From positions 20,462,001 to 20,526,000 of the forward strand of contig NC_087252.1 in NCBI RefSeq assembly GCF_037042905.1: a stretch of 64,000 nt of DNA. The letters are read 5' to 3'. This document shows, in pieces, positions 11,329 to 25,612 of this stretch; position 1 is the first letter of the stretch, and each line of letters begins with the position of its first letter. This stretch comes from Lytechinus pictus (taxonomy: Eukaryota). The notes under the pieces were generated by a model. It was not told the DNA's origin and ran no database searches. It saw only the letters and a list, made by a program, of their open reading frames with translations. The position numbers and the translations under genes were made by a program.

Positions 11329-14282
11329 ATATTACTGTCTAAATGAGTATTGCTCCTTAATTTTACAAATTCTATAATGCACAGTATTTTACCTGATTGC
11401 CTCTTATTTTGTAGCAGGCCAATCAATGGGCATGATCTGTGCTTACCTGCATTATCATCTTGGCATCAGGAAGAGGTATGAACTACATTGTATAAACAAC
11501 CATTCATAAAAAATGTTTTATATTTGTTATAACTCTATTCATGGATGTTAATATGTACCTAAGGGTAACCATGAATCTAAATCTTGCAAAACCATGAGCA
11601 TTAGTTGACATTTAACCTAAATGGATTATCAGCTTTGTTTTCTACTTGGAATTTGAAGCATTTTATCTAATTATATTTTGTGTTTTCACTATCTTTCCCT
11701 CCACAGTGTTCGGCAGTTAAAGCGCATTTGTAGAAGCCTCAGACTTCGCCGGCGATGCCAAGAATCATCTGAGGAGGACATTGCCCTAGCTATTGCTGTA
11801 TGTATATGATGTTTCACTTGGAATTTGCTATTTTAGGTATCTAAATTGCCTGATTGTACAGTATGCATACAAGGAGATATTTCCTTTTAAAAATAAGAGG
11901 TGTGTAATCCACCAATTAGATACTCAGTCTTATATTATTCTTTAGTCTGACGAGCTCTAGGTGCACAGTAATAGAGGAGAAAGATAACAAACAATGTAGA
12001 TGAACTGATTGGTTTGTCTAAGTATCTAGTTATAGTGGTTTTAAGTATATGGCAGTGTTGGTAGCATATTATTAGATATACCTAATTCAAAACAGAATTT
12101 TGTTTCAATTCCTTTCTTCATGTGTCCTGTATTATAAAGATTGATTTGAAGATTTGAAGTGACATCTTTCTCCGATACTGTGCCATTATTGTTTGTGGAT
12201 ATCAAATTTAGTCACCCATGGTACAAAGAAGATTGTCATTACTTTTTATAATGACAGTTCCTAAGAGTGTTATAAAGTCTATCATGTAGACATTTTTAAA
12301 AATTATTTATCTTCTACCCTACCCTTTTTACTATTTTTTGTGCAGCAAGAGTTGGATGGTAGTGGATCATGCGTGGGATACCGTGCAATGTGGCAGCGCC
12401 TTGTGTGTGATCATCATCTTCATGTAAAACGGTATGCCTTTAAATGCTATGTTATAGAGTAACTACGAGTACAAAAAGAAATCTGGTTTAAGCAAGATTG
12501 CTTTCATAAACTGTCATTACAAACCAAACGTGAAAATATGCCTAATATTCATTCTTGAGGGGTTGGTATTTAAGTGTCTGCTGCTTTGCAGATAATTTAA
12601 ACATTTGATGTCAATTTTAAGAAGCAAGTTGACAACCTTGTGCAGATTTTGGTATTATAGAAGTGAATATCAGACAACAAAGTTTTACCCCCTGACACAT
12701 AATTTTTATCTCTCTCCATAAGTACAGTAACTGTCATATTCACCCTTTTCCCACTTGACTAGAAAATTGAATGAAACATTTACAAGTTTTGAAGCTCCGA
12801 TAAACTATTATTTTTTTTTTTTAATGCAAAAGTGTGTTAGGAACTAAATTTCCTAGTGCTTATAATAGATCCATAGAGGCATCAAAATATATTTAAAAAA
12901 ATTGGAACCGCTATCCAGCCAATTTTCAAAATTTCACAAAGCTTTGCATCAACTTTTAAGTTTCAATATGATAGCATTTTGCCTAGAATCAGATGTTGCT
13001 ATAATCGTATGTTGAATAAGACTCATCTTTGTTACCAAATATAGAGATTCTGCAGGCTAATGTAAGTTTATGTAGCTGGGACCAAGAAAATCTGAGAACA
13101 TGCAGCTCTAATATATAATTTCGAAACAGGAATAGCATATCAGTCAATTCCATTTAGGAAACATTGTTTTAAAACTAAAGTAATATAAATTTTGAAAGGA
13201 TGCTATATAGCAAATAAGAGTTAATAATAATTTCTTAATTTTAGACTTGATTTCAACCGTGACAACAACCAATGAATATTGTAGGATTGTATATGCTTCC
13301 AATATATATTTATTTGAACCGAATTTTTGACCATATACCAAATACCTTTGATGAGGATTTAGATCCCTCAACATGTGTCCAGTTTGTTGATCACCTGCTT
13401 GTGGCTGAGATGTAAAGGGGAGTGGCTGAATTTAGTTTGTAGTTATTCAGCAATGTCTTTATACTGCAAGTTAGCGATCATATATGCATACAGCCCATAG
13501 CTTTATACAATGTAATGATACAATAATACAAAATTATTTTGTCAGATGTTCATACCCAAGTTCATATGAATAATGATTAATTCTTGTGTACAGAGAAACC
13601 GTACGACAGTTTTTCTCTGTCATGGATCCTGTTGGTGTGGAGTCAAGGAGGAAACACAGACTGCGGAGACGTGTTTATTCTAACAAAGGACCACACTACC
13701 TCATTCACATTGACGGCTATGATAAATTAAAACCATATGGTTTTGCCATTCATGGTGCAATTGATGGGTAAGAACACCAACTAAAATGCATATTTTTCTT
13801 TCGTCATCTTTGTTCCTAGTGACAGGGCACAATGAAGTTTCAATGAATAAAGCATAAGTAAAGGATACATTTTTTTTTTTTTTTTTTTGGGGTGGGGGTT
13901 TCATGACAGATAATGTATTACCAACTTAAAATTGAATAACTGCCTGTTGATTCTCAAGCTCGATTTGATTAATTTGGATACATTTAATCTTTTGGAGACT
14001 GTGACGGAGAATTTCATTTGCATGGTTATCATTATTTAGATTGCATTCAGAATTGATTATCAGGAATGTGAAGGGTGGCATACATCAGTTCAAAATTAAT
14101 ATTAAAGGAAGCCAGAAAGAGCATCTATCTTTGATTTATTTTCTCATTCTTATTGGAATATTAATAAAAAGCAATTTAGCAACTCTCCCCTGGGAATGTA
14201 ACAGTGTTTGACAACTAAATTGCCATTATGTAGTAATTCTTCATCAAATTAAGAATAACGTCTTTGGGAGTGGCACCTGATA

Positions 14283-15730
14283 TTTTTGTCTCGCCTGCAT
14301 CACAGACCAAGACTGTAGGGGCCATCTTTCCGACGGCGGCGGCGTCAACATTGAAATCTTAACCAAGGTTAAATTTTGAAATGTCATCAGAACTTAAAAA
14401 GTATGTGGACCTAGTTCATGAAACTAGGACATAATGGTTATTAAAGGAGAATGAAACTCTTGGAGCAAGTTAGCTTTTGTGAAAGCAGAAAAATCAAAGA
14501 ATAAGATCAACAAAAGTTTGAGTAAAATAGGACTAGCAATAGAAGAGTTATGAGCATTTGAATGTCGAGATCATTAATGCTATGGAGATCCCCCCATTGG
14601 CAATGCAACCAAGATCTATGATGTCACTGATGAACAACTCTCCCCTTTTGGACACTGAAAATATACCCCAAAACATATCTTTTTGCTCATTCTTATCATA
14701 TGACAAACGATTCATCAATGATATAATGTTGTGAAACCTCTGTACGTGTCCTCTCATAAAGAGAACACCTCACCTTGTGATAGACTCTATAAAAGTGAGA
14801 ATATAAGTGAAATAAGTACTTAAGTAATGAGGGTGTTGTACGTGCGTGACATCACAGATCTTGGTCGCATTGCCAATGGGAGGATCTACATGGCATTAGT
14901 GATCTCAATATTCAAATGCTCATAACTTTCTTATTATTCATTCAATCTTCCTCAAACTTTCAACAATATGTTTCTTTGATTTTTCTCTTTGATATGGATT
15001 CAGCTGGTTTCAAGGGTTTCATTCTCCTTTAAGTATTACATCCTACCTGAGTTTCAGGTCACATGACCAAGGTCAAAGGTCACTTATGGTCAACGAACTT
15101 TGCCCATGTTGGGGGAATCAATATTGAAATCTTAACCAAGGTTAAGTTTTTGAAATGTTGTCATAACTTGGAAAGTTATGAAACTTAGACATGAGATTAA
15201 TCAAGTATCCATCAACATCCTGTTTAAGTTTCAGGTCACATGATCAAGGCCATAGGTCATTTAGGTTCAACAAACTTTGATAATGTTGGGGGTATTTGTG
15301 GAATTGTCTTCATAACTTGTAAAGTTTATGGATCTAGTTCATGAAACTTTGACATGAGAGTAACCATGTATCACTGAATCTCCTGTGAGCCTTTCAGGTC
15401 ACATGACTAAGATCAAAGATCATTTAAGGTCAATGAACTTTGGCCTTGTGGGGGTATTTGTTGAATTGACTTCATAACTCAGAAAGTGTATGGATCTACA
15501 CATGTAGTTCATTCAACATAAACATAAGAGTAATCAAGTATATTTTGCACATGTCTTAGGTCACATGAATATGGTCAAGGTCATGTTGTATCACTGGACA
15601 TAATATATAATTATCATATAGGAGAGTTTGCTTTTTGTGAATAATTATTCTATAGCTGTTTTTGAAGTCAGCACTGCTGCTATATCGAATTACGGATTGC
15701 AGGCGAGACTGCCAGAGGCGTTCCATGTGT
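14283..15730. mobile_element. Helentron/HINE-like non-autonomous repeat with internal ~150-bp tandem units (copy A)
   Basis: Starts TTTTTGTCTCGCCTGCAT and has the inverted GCAGGCGAGAC near its end; internal AGGTCACATGACCAAGGTCAAAGGTCA repeats. Homologous to the copies at 15774 and 26798. Confidence 0.6.
14445..15028. mobile_element. Kolobok-type non-autonomous element (TTAA TSD)
   Basis: TTAA|AGGAGAATGAAAC ... GTTTCATTCTCCT|TTAA, with long imperfect internal inverted arms; nested in HINE copy A. Confidence 0.8.
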
Positions 15731-15773
15731 TATCATTATTTATCTTTTAGAAGAAAATACAGCAGTCAATCAA

Positions 15774-16885
15774 TTTTTTTCTCGCCTGCATAGCATTATG
15801 CTATGATGGCCCTTCCCTATATAACAACTTACCAATTGTAATAAGAATTCAAATAAGCCTTGCATCATAAAAATTTCATTTGAAGAACAATTTAGCATTA
15901 GCTAGTCATGACCCATATGCATTCTTTTTTTAAGCTGTACCTCAATCACCTACATAAGTAACATTTGGCTCTTTATTTTGATATTTTTGTTCGACTCACA
16001 ACTTCAGCTTACCTTCTTAATTTTACAGATTTTGGCTAATAATTACACATCTTTATTTATGCCTCTCTCATGATGTTGCTATTTAGAAATGAATTGTCAA
16101 AATTGTTATGTTATGCTATGTACATTGTCACAGGGCCCCATCGTGACCAAGACACTGTTGAACAGGCTTCCCTCCCTTTAAACAAATAAATTAATATCAG
16201 AGCGCGACTATATATAGCAGCTTGTCTGACGCCAGCGTAGCAGTGCATTATCATCCGTCAACTTTGAAATCTTAACCAGGGTTAAGTTTTTGAAATGTCG
16301 TCATAACTTTTGAAGTATATTAAATGACTTCATGAAACTTGGACATAAGGGTAACGAAGTATCACTGATCCTTAATCCTTTATTTTTGTGGTCACATGAT
16401 TAAAGTCAAACGTAATTAAGAGTCAAACTTTGACCATGATTAAGTTTTGGAAATGCTATCATAACTGTGAAAGTATAAGGACCTATTTTTTCATGAAACT
16501 CAGACATTTTGGAAGCGTATGGCTGTCTATCTGACATGAGTTGTAGGTCACACGATCAAGGTCATAGTTTGGGTCAATGAACCTTGACCATATTGTATCA
16601 ATATATAAAAATTCATGAAGGTTAATTTTGAATTTTTCAAGGTAATTTTGTAAGGATATTCTATATAAATTTCATATAAAGGTTATCAGGTAAATAGCAA
16701 ATGGACAATCGTAATTTTAGGTCAACAGTTAAAGGTCATTTGAGATCAACAAATTTAGGATTATATTATCTACACTTTTTTTCCCTCTCTTATGAAAATT
16801 ATTGATTATTCATACAGTTGTTTATCAAGTGAGCACTGCTGCTATATTGAGTTGCACAAGCAGGCAAAACTATCCACTTGTTTAG
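15774..16885. mobile_element. Helentron/HINE-like repeat (copy B, degenerate)
   Basis: TTTTTTTCTCGCCTGCATAGCA start, the same internal units, and an AGCACTGCTGCTATATTG...GCAGGC end. Confidence 0.5.
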
Positions 16886-18420
16886 TTTGATTAATTACCC
16901 TTTTTGTTTATGAATCTCTCAATTTCTCATCAATTTTAATTCCTTGTTTAATAGCTAGATTATCACATTTTCAAGGAACGTGATATACATTTATTTCTGG
17001 CATTATAGAATGCATTATCTGTACATCAGGTATTATTTTTGGTCTCTAAAGTAGTTCATATCTCGAGAGTTAGAAGGTAATTGGCATTTATTTATTGTAA
17101 GGTTATACAGTGGATTAACTAGTCTTCTACCCTACCTTGGACAAAGCAAAGTAAAAAAAAAGTAAGAATTATGGTGCAACTGGTATTATGGAGTGTGATC
17201 CTAACATCTGTCTGATAAGTTTGTAAGTCACAGGTCTTTTTTTTTTCAATTTGCTATAGATATATTCTAATATTCTCTAATTGATATGACATTTATTTTG
17301 TTGCTTGTTTTGTTTTGATTTTCAAAATAGCTTTTCAAGGAGAGTCCTGTGGCTAGAAGTGGGACCAACAAACAATAACCCCAATGTTGTAGCCAAGTAC
17401 TTTGTTGACTACATCAGATATGCTAAAGGTAAGTTCTAATGCCCCTGTGTGAATGCAGAACATGCTCAACAATCATTGTATATGACGTGCAGCATAGGGC
17501 ACAATGATACTTAATGATGTCATGATGACCTTACATGTAAGTCACATTTCTATGATTAATTTGATCTTATTAAGTGAGGCCATAGTAACTGATTGTGGTA
17601 GTAGAGTTACCAAAAGGTCGGCCGATCCACTGAGCAAAATTGCTATGGGCAAATGAAAAGCCAATTGCAAGTGCGTAAACAGTGTGCATTGCCACCATCG
17701 TCTGTTCTCGACGGCAAAAATGAGCATTGAAATGCTTTTCCTCAGCAAATTAGTTCATCTTAGTGAAAAAAATTAGGCCCTGTGTTTTCTATATGTAAAT
17801 TGACTTATGTGGGATGAAGTGTCTTACCTTCATGTGGTATCGAAAGTGACGTTTGGAGGTTAAATCCACGAGAAATCCACAGAGTTTCGTCGCGTGTATT
17901 CGCTATGGAGAAAAATGCGTGCGATCGCATGCGTTATTGCAAGCTCGAGACGGCGCTGTTGAACTTGGTCTGGAAATTCATAAAAAATAAACAAAAATCC
18001 TTGAGTAGGCTCACAATAAAATCATAAAAAATATGCTTTATGGCTAAAACGGTAGTTATCTTGCCCACACATATCATACTTGTTGTTGCGTAAGAAATCC
18101 TTTTTTCATGATAAAAATATAGCAATAAATGTTTTAAAAATTATGTTTTCCACATGGAATATGTTTGAAACATTTATATTAGAAGAAAAATGTGTTTTTT
18201 TAATGAATTCAAACTAAAATGAAGTTTATACATGCCTGTACTTTTTCATACTACTCAAAAAACTAAATGGGCCGTCAATCAACGTTGGTTACCTCGGCAA
18301 GTAGGCGTGGTCTATCGTGAAGTTCGCTGGTGACGTACCTTTCTCGCTAGACTTTACTCAGCCGCCGAATTTAATTCATTCTCCGCGCACGTGCAACTGC
18401 AACTTATTATCGTCACTGCA

Positions 18421-18900
18421 CTGCTGGTGTTTGCCGCATTGAGGACAGATGAAACAATTCAGATAGAGTTGCGCGTGTACAATGAGTGAAACAGCGCGAT
18501 CGTTTCATGATCGAATGAAACAGTGTGCCTGTCGAGATAAAATCCATCTGTCATGTTATTTTCTATCGTGTTTTATGCAACTGCAATTGATTTGTTATAT
18601 AGTTTTTTCTTTGATATTTCCTGTATATGTATGTATGAATTTTATTTGAAGTGAATGAATCATGCTGGTGTCCTTGCCATTGAGGACAGATGAAGATGAA
18701 ACAACACTGATAGAGTTGTGCGTGTACAAGGAGTAAAACAGCGCGATTGTTTTATGATCGAATGAACAGTGTGCCTGTCGAGATAAAATTTATCTGTCAT
18801 GTTATTTTCTATGATGTTTTATACAACTGCAATTAATTTTTTTTAATTATTTTCTGTGATATTTTCCTGTTAATGTATGAATTTTATTTGAAGTGAATTA
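18421..18900. repeat. Tandem duplication of a ~240-bp unit
   Basis: TGCTGGTGT...ATTGAGGACAGATGAA...GATAGAGTTG...GAATTTTATTTGAAGTGAAT occurs at 18421 and again at 18661. Confidence 0.8.
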
Positions 18901-20087
18901 TTATAAAGATTAATCCAAAACAAACCTAAATAATTGTCGGCTTCATTGTATTCGTGATGAACAAGTTAAGGTATCAAAAAATTATGCTTATTTTTTTTAT
19001 TTGAATGACTTTAAGTAAATTGGAATTGAAAAGGACGTTTAGTGTTTCCTGTTCAGTTCAATTTTTGTTTTCTTTTTTTCATTTCACATTCTCGGGATGC
19101 GAACCTCCACTATAATTATAATTAATGAATACCATTATAAACAAAAATATTTGAAAAATAAAGACTCGCAAAAATTGTAATACTAGTGCAACGGTGATTT
19201 TTTTTTATTTTGTTGTTTCATTTACTGGAAGGTACGACAGACAAATACCCGGTGTAGATCAAAATTTTGCTAATGGGGGGGGACTACAATTTATCTCCCC
19301 GATCTGCGCCGTAAAAAAAAAAAAAAAAAAAATCGCACCGCCAGTAGGAGGGGTTGCCGCCGCCCATAATTGGGTCCGGCACCTGGATCTGCCTATGGAA
19401 TGGATGAGGAATAAGGAAAGGGGAGACAAATAAAGGTGCCCCCTCCCGTAATATATCAAATATTTGTTAGTGGATTTTGTCGTTCATTCTCAAGTGAGGA
19501 CTTATTTTTCAACTTTTCCCAGGAATTTTGTGTATGGAATGATTTTTTCCTAGCATACTAGGTCTTGAATGCCCCCACTTTGGAAAATCCTGGATCAGCC
19601 CCTGTCAAGGTGTATATAGATGAAACTAAACTTGAATAGGGCTCCACATAAATGATTTTCAAAATTTAGCCATTTCCTATTTTCCCCGTTTAACACTGTG
19701 AGGTGAATAATTCAAATGCTTTCACCATCGCTACCATAGAAGGATCCAGGGGTGGTCACCCCCCCCCCCCTGTTGGCGGATTAAAGACCAAAAAATGGAG
19801 AAAGGAAGAAGAAACAGAAGGAAAAGAGAGTGGAAAAGGAAGAGGGGAAAAGGGAGGGAGAAAAGTGAATGAAATAGGAGGGGAGACTTTGATGATTTAA
19901 AAGAACATGCAAAATTGAAATTTTCGCTCGCGCTTCGCACTCGCATTGCTCATTTTCGATGAGTACATAATTATTGCTCAATAGGCTGATATATATGAGC
20001 TTGACATTTAAGCTTTGCAGTCAAAATACAAAACATATACTGTACGGTCAGCTAGGACATTGAACTTTCATTATTCTTTTTTATTTA

Positions 20088-20238
20088 TACCTCGGTCACA
20101 TTTGCTCTGCGGCGGCCGTACGGAGAGTCGAAACAGCCGTTTTATTCATTTTTATTCAAACCACCTATATTTAGCTGGCACAAAAAAATGTTTAAACGAC
20201 TGTTTTCTACTCGCCGTAGAAAAAGTGTGACCGAGGTA
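20088..20238. mobile_element. Small MITE, probably PIF/Harbinger type
   Basis: TTA|TACCTCGGTCACA ... TGTGACCGAGGTA|TAA; flanks are TWA-type. Confidence 0.65.
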
Positions 20239-23047
20239 TAACGAATCAATAAAAAAGTGCTTTGTAAAATATTCGTTTTATGATCTGAGTATCAACATTT
20301 TTAGCTCACGCTGTGCCCTAGCATTATTTCATTTGTGGAGTACCTATCCTCTTCATGTAGGCCCTATTCCATAAATTTATCAAAATATAACTTTTTAAGG
20401 TCTGATTGTCAAATCTTATCAGCTAGCATTGCACGCACGTGCTTAAATTGGTGAGTTATGTATACCTCAAATATATATAAATCAAAGTACTTAAAATCGC
20501 CTTTTCATGACAGTTTTTTGAGTTAATAATAAGTTTATTAAATTAAAAATTTGCTCGCAATTGCCGTTCGCATTAATTTCTAAAAGTACGTTACCGGTAA
20601 TTAATGCATCATATTCATAATTACAAAAGTGCTTATAATGTCCAGGGTTAACACTTTAATATCAACAAATTTAGAGCTCTCATTAGGCTTATTAGATTAG
20701 TAAATAAGATATTAATATCATTTCATTAATTCCTAATACCGTAATTAAGTTGTCACTTTTTCAAAATGGAAGATCGACATGTTTCTTTTTGCGCTTGGGA
20801 AGAGGAATCGGAAGACATTCATAATTATGATGAAAAAATGTCCTTAGAATGTCCCGGTCCTAGGCCAGAATAACTTCAGCTCATGCTTTGCATTCGCCTC
20901 ATTTTTTAAGAGCAATCCATGTCCACTTTACGATTATTTTCCTGCACAGTGCAGTGCTTAATTTGACCTTTTCACATCGGAATATCCAATATTATCAGTT
21001 CGCGCTTCGCGCTCGCATTATTGATTTTCCGTGATAAAAAGTGTATTAAGAATGCACAAATTCTAGAACACGCATGTTTATTGAGACGGGCTGCTTATCC
21101 TTTATTGAAAACAGCATGCTTAAATTATCTCGCTTCAGATTAGAATATAAAAAAAATTTCTTCTCGCTCTTGCATTATAAAATAATGTAAGACGGTAACC
21201 AATTACCCACCCTTTTCACGATTTAGAAAACATAAATATAAAATAGTGTTCCTTTTTAGGTCTATATATCTCAATTGTTATCCGCTCACGCTTCGTGCTC
21301 CAACTGTGTTCTGTTCATACACAAAGTGCTTGGAATGTCTATTTTTATGGTCAGAATTTCAAACATTTTAGCTCGAGCTTTGCGCTCGCATTATTTTGAT
21401 TGAAATATGCATCGTCTTCTTGGCTAACTGTAAACCGCCATTAGCAAGTCCCTTTTCGATCAGGCCAGAACGTATATTTCTCTCTTTTCTTACTTACTTT
21501 TTTTTTTTGCTCCTTCGCGCTCGCAGCAATTTTAGTAAAATACGCATCTTGTTCAATTTCACAAACATTGCCCAGAATGTTCAATTTTGAGGATAAAAAA
21601 CATGAAATTTCAAAAATATTTTAGCTCGCGCTTCGCACTTGCACTATAGGGGCTATGAGATTATTGTATATTGTGTTTTGTGTATGCTGTTTAATGAGAA
21701 TAAAGAAGTGACTGTTTGGACTACCCCTATTAACTTTGAGCGGCTGATTGTGGAAAATACGGGTGCAAATATTTTTCGGCCCCTTCCGGTTTATTTCCAA
21801 TTTGTCTAATTGCCAACTCGTCTACTATCGTTTGGTCCATCAGTTCGTCAACTCACCACATAGTCTTTTTTTTTTCATTTAGTCTAATGCCATTCCGTCT
21901 AATGACCAGTGGACCCAAAAGCCATTTGGTCCATATACCATTTCATCTAATTGGACTATAAGTGTATTATTGTGCAAAATGAATGAAAATAAAATGGGTA
22001 TTAGACCCCGGTATTAGACCAACCGGTTATGAGACTAAATGGTCATAGACGAGATGGTTATTAGACGAAGTGATGATTGGACCAAATGGTTAATGGACCA
22101 ATGGCTGTTAGACGAAATGTTGATGGACAGATTGGCATTAGACTAAATGAAAGTAGACCATGTAATGAGTGGACAAGTTGGCCGCAGACGAATTGGCACC
22201 CCCCCCCTATTGGCGATAGATCCGCCCATGCACTACTACTTCTTTCTTATCTCATTATGATCTCTCAGTTCCATATCCCCCCTCTCTCTCACTTTTTCTA
22301 CGAGACTCTTTTATCGTATGCATATCTTCCTTCGATTTCCTCCCCCCTCTCTCTTTCCCTCTCCTGACTGCTGTTCCTTTATAGTTAATTCCCCTCTTTT
22401 CTCTCAAACCCCCTTTCTGTCTCAACATCTTTGCCCCCCCCCCCCCCTCGGCATCTCTCCCATTCGTGAATTTCATTCAATTATTCTACCCCTTTCAATA
22501 TCTCCAACATGCTTCTATACTCCTCAATGTGCCATACACACCTTGAGAGAGAAAAAAAAACCCTCAAGAGATATATGGGCAGAAATAGCATGGGTCAAAG
22601 AAAGAAGCATTAATGGTTCAAGATTATGGGATTCACAGAATTTAATGCATATGTAGAGTAAATACATGGTTATAATGTAGTAACATATTGATAATGGCAG
22701 TTAAAAGGAGGGTAATCCTTGTGACTTGGCCTTATAAAAATTTTGGCTCGCGACTTGCGCTCGCATAAACGGTTAAAAATATTACCTGATACATCATATT
22801 CATAATTACAAAAGTGCTTGAAATTTCCAGTTTTCATACCATGTTATCATCAGATTTCGCGCCTCATTAGGCATTTATAGATCAGATATTGATTTTAATG
22901 GTTAAATTGTCCTTTCTGTTTCATCTCGCTCTTAGCAAGAGGAATAGGAAGATATTCATCACTTTCATGTCCCGGTCCTTTGTCAAATCTATCAGCTCTT
23001 TATTAAGTGCGATCCAAATCCACCTCACAAAGTACTTGAGCTGAAAT

Positions 23048-23589
23048 CCCGGGGGGGCCACTTACATTGACGAGTGGATACCATGCGCGACCAAAAAAAC
23101 ACGTAAAAAGGATGTCCTTTTTACGATAGGGCACGTTACGTACGTAACGTGATAAGGGTGTCAAAAACACAAAAATAATGAAAATAGGGTGTCTATTTCG
23201 CTAGGAAAATTACGTGTTTAGGGTCGAATTTGCGGGAATGATAAAACAAAATTAAAATGTTTTATAAAGGATGTCCATTTTGCCCCAACACTTCGTGTTT
23301 AGAGTCCGATTTGCGCGAGGTGTAGAAAGTGGGGTCGTACTAAACCAAATAAGGTAAAGCCGACGACCGTAACAATAAAACATTCCTGTACTTGTTTAGG
23401 GGTTCATTTCAGGGAATATTTGCCAAGAGTATCGTTTTGTTTCCAATACTTGTTTAGGGTAGGGTTTCACGCGCCAATACTTGTTAAGGGGTGCATTTTC
23501 AGAATATGGAAATTACGTGTTTAGGGTGCTTTTCGAGACCCCATGGTCGCGCATGGTATCCACTCGTGAATGGAAGTGGCCCCCCCGGG
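23048..23589. mobile_element. MITE with an 8-bp TSD (GCTGAAAT)
   Basis: CCCGGGGGGGGCCACTT...GAGTGGATACCATGCGCGACCA and its inverse TGGTCGCGCATGGTATCCACTC...AAGTGGCCCCCCCGGG. GCTGAAAT at 23040-23047 and 23590-23597. Confidence 0.85.
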
Positions 23590-25576
23590 GCTGAAATTGA
23601 CCCCTTTTTCAGATCAGAATGTCAAATATTTTAAGGTCGCGCTTCGCGCTCGCTTTGATTTTCAATTTCATGTTAAAATATATATTCAGAATGCCTAGAT
23701 TGTAGGCCTAAATCGGAAACACGCGAGCGCATGTCTATCTAGATACTCAACTTGTTAGTATTTCAACCATTATCCAGTTTCTGAAAAACAAAATTCTGCT
23801 AGCGCTTTGTGCTCGCATTTTTTATGTAGGAAGAACCCCTATTACTCATCCTTATTATACAAAACAGGAATAGAGTGTCCCATTTTTTAGGTCTAAATGT
23901 CGCATTAATTGTTTTATAACGACGATCCTGTTCATGGTCACAATAATTGATTAAAATTTTCCATTCTTTATGTAGAAGTGTAAAAAAAAATCGGCTCGCG
24001 CTTGCATTATTTTATTGTTGAAATATGTAACGTCTCCATGGCTAAGTGAAATAAGCAGTCCTTAACAGGTACCTTTTTGATCAGTTCAAAACGTATACAA
24101 AAATCTTATGCTCGCGCTAATTTGCGCGAGCATTATTAAAGTAACAAAGATCGGCAATTTGACATCCTTTCCATGATGATTTAAAAGACATGACTAGACA
24201 TGTCTCGTTTTTAGGTCTAAATCTTCCAATTTTGTGCTCGCGCTTCGCATCAATTGCTAAGTTATATACCTATCCTGTTTAAGTTACAAAAAGTGCCTAT
24301 AATTTCAATTCTGTTCGCACTTCGCGTTCTTAGTAATTATTTAGTTGCATACACATCTTTTTCATGATAAACATTGCCCAGAAATTTCAAACTTTGGGGA
24401 AAAACATATTTTTTTTAATAAATTAGCTCGCACTATATAAAAAGGGTTATGATATTATATATTTATGTTGATTTATAAGACAAAAGCTAAGAAGTGACAT
24501 TTCTTCAAAGAAACAAATATAAATCATATTCGCGCGGCCGATTGGGGAAAAATAATGGTGAAAAAAAATGTGCCCCCCCCCCCCTTTGGCGAAAGCTGGA
24601 TCCACCCCTTCATCCTATTTATTTCTCTCCTTCCGTCCATCTCTCCATTCTTCCAGGAGCCGCGGAATAGTTTTGAAAAATGTTTTTTCAAAACTTTTTT
24701 TTTGTATTTCTACCAATAAATTAATGAAAATAATGCGGTACAAAAATCAATGTCATTCTTCTTCCTGTTTTAAACTATATACGTGTACAAAAAACGCACC
24801 ACCAGCTAAAAAAAAACAAAAAACTTGGGGGTCACAACCCGAGCACCCCACTTCCCAGGGCCATATACAAGGATTCTAATTTATTAATTTTAACGAAAGC
24901 ATGAGACATCATTTGTTGAAAAAAAATTAAAGAGAGCTATTAATGACTGCATGTGGTCCTACCGGTACGCTAGATCTGCGCACAAAACTGCTTTCATATG
25001 ACACGCAAAAGGGATAAATCTTAGTGGAAAAGTGGGATAAAGCAAACAGGATTTAGAAACTGCCTTCGTTGGCGTTCAATAATATGGGTGGTATGATACA
25101 AATTCTGCTAGCTTATTCGTACTATTATTTCTGGCCATTGTACTTAGATCTATATTTTAATGTGGAAACATTTTTAATTTTTTTTTATGATACAAATCGA
25201 GCGTGGCAAGTACAATGATATGGGGCAGAGTTCCAAGTCTTCATGCCCCAGACTGAATATATTTTGACATCAACTTACTCCAAAAACAAGTGTTATGTTT
25301 TATTTTGTATTATTCATTTTTTAAGTATAAGGTAAAATTATAAGTCTCGGAGTGTCAGTTAATGCTGCAAAAGATGTATAAGGCCTACTCTTTTGCAGCA
25401 CTATCCAGCTACCGCGGCGAGGACGCCCTCCGAGAAGGTAGCCATATCAAAACTCAAAACAAAAAATTCCACTTAGATTACTGGTGGATCCAAGGGGCAT
25501 AATTATCGAGAGCCAAATTTGTAATTTGTAACATAAACATGCCCTTTTTACCCAAGCATGCCCCTTGAAAGTGAGG

Positions 25577-25612
<36 letters not shown>

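Larger units (their letters stand above)
9148..11384 (+). other. Candidate U12-type (minor spliceosome) GT-AG intron
   Basis: 5' site GTATCCTT (9148-9155), branch-like CTCCTTAAT (11353-11361), first downstream AG at 11383-11384. The phase-1 junction is in frame (GNRAD-L-FYLIASYF). Confidence 0.7.
19920..24480. repeat. Long degenerate interspersed repeat with periodic GCTCGCGCTTCGCGCTCGCATT motifs
   Basis: The motif recurs roughly every 100-250 bp across the region, interrupted by younger insertions. Confidence 0.6.

Noticed and set aside
11411..11417. Alternative U2 acceptors (TAG at 11414, CAG at 11417) for the second exon
   Set aside because: In frame, but they would drop the LIASYF segment. 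The 11384 acceptor follows the branch-like motif and is preferred, though not proven.
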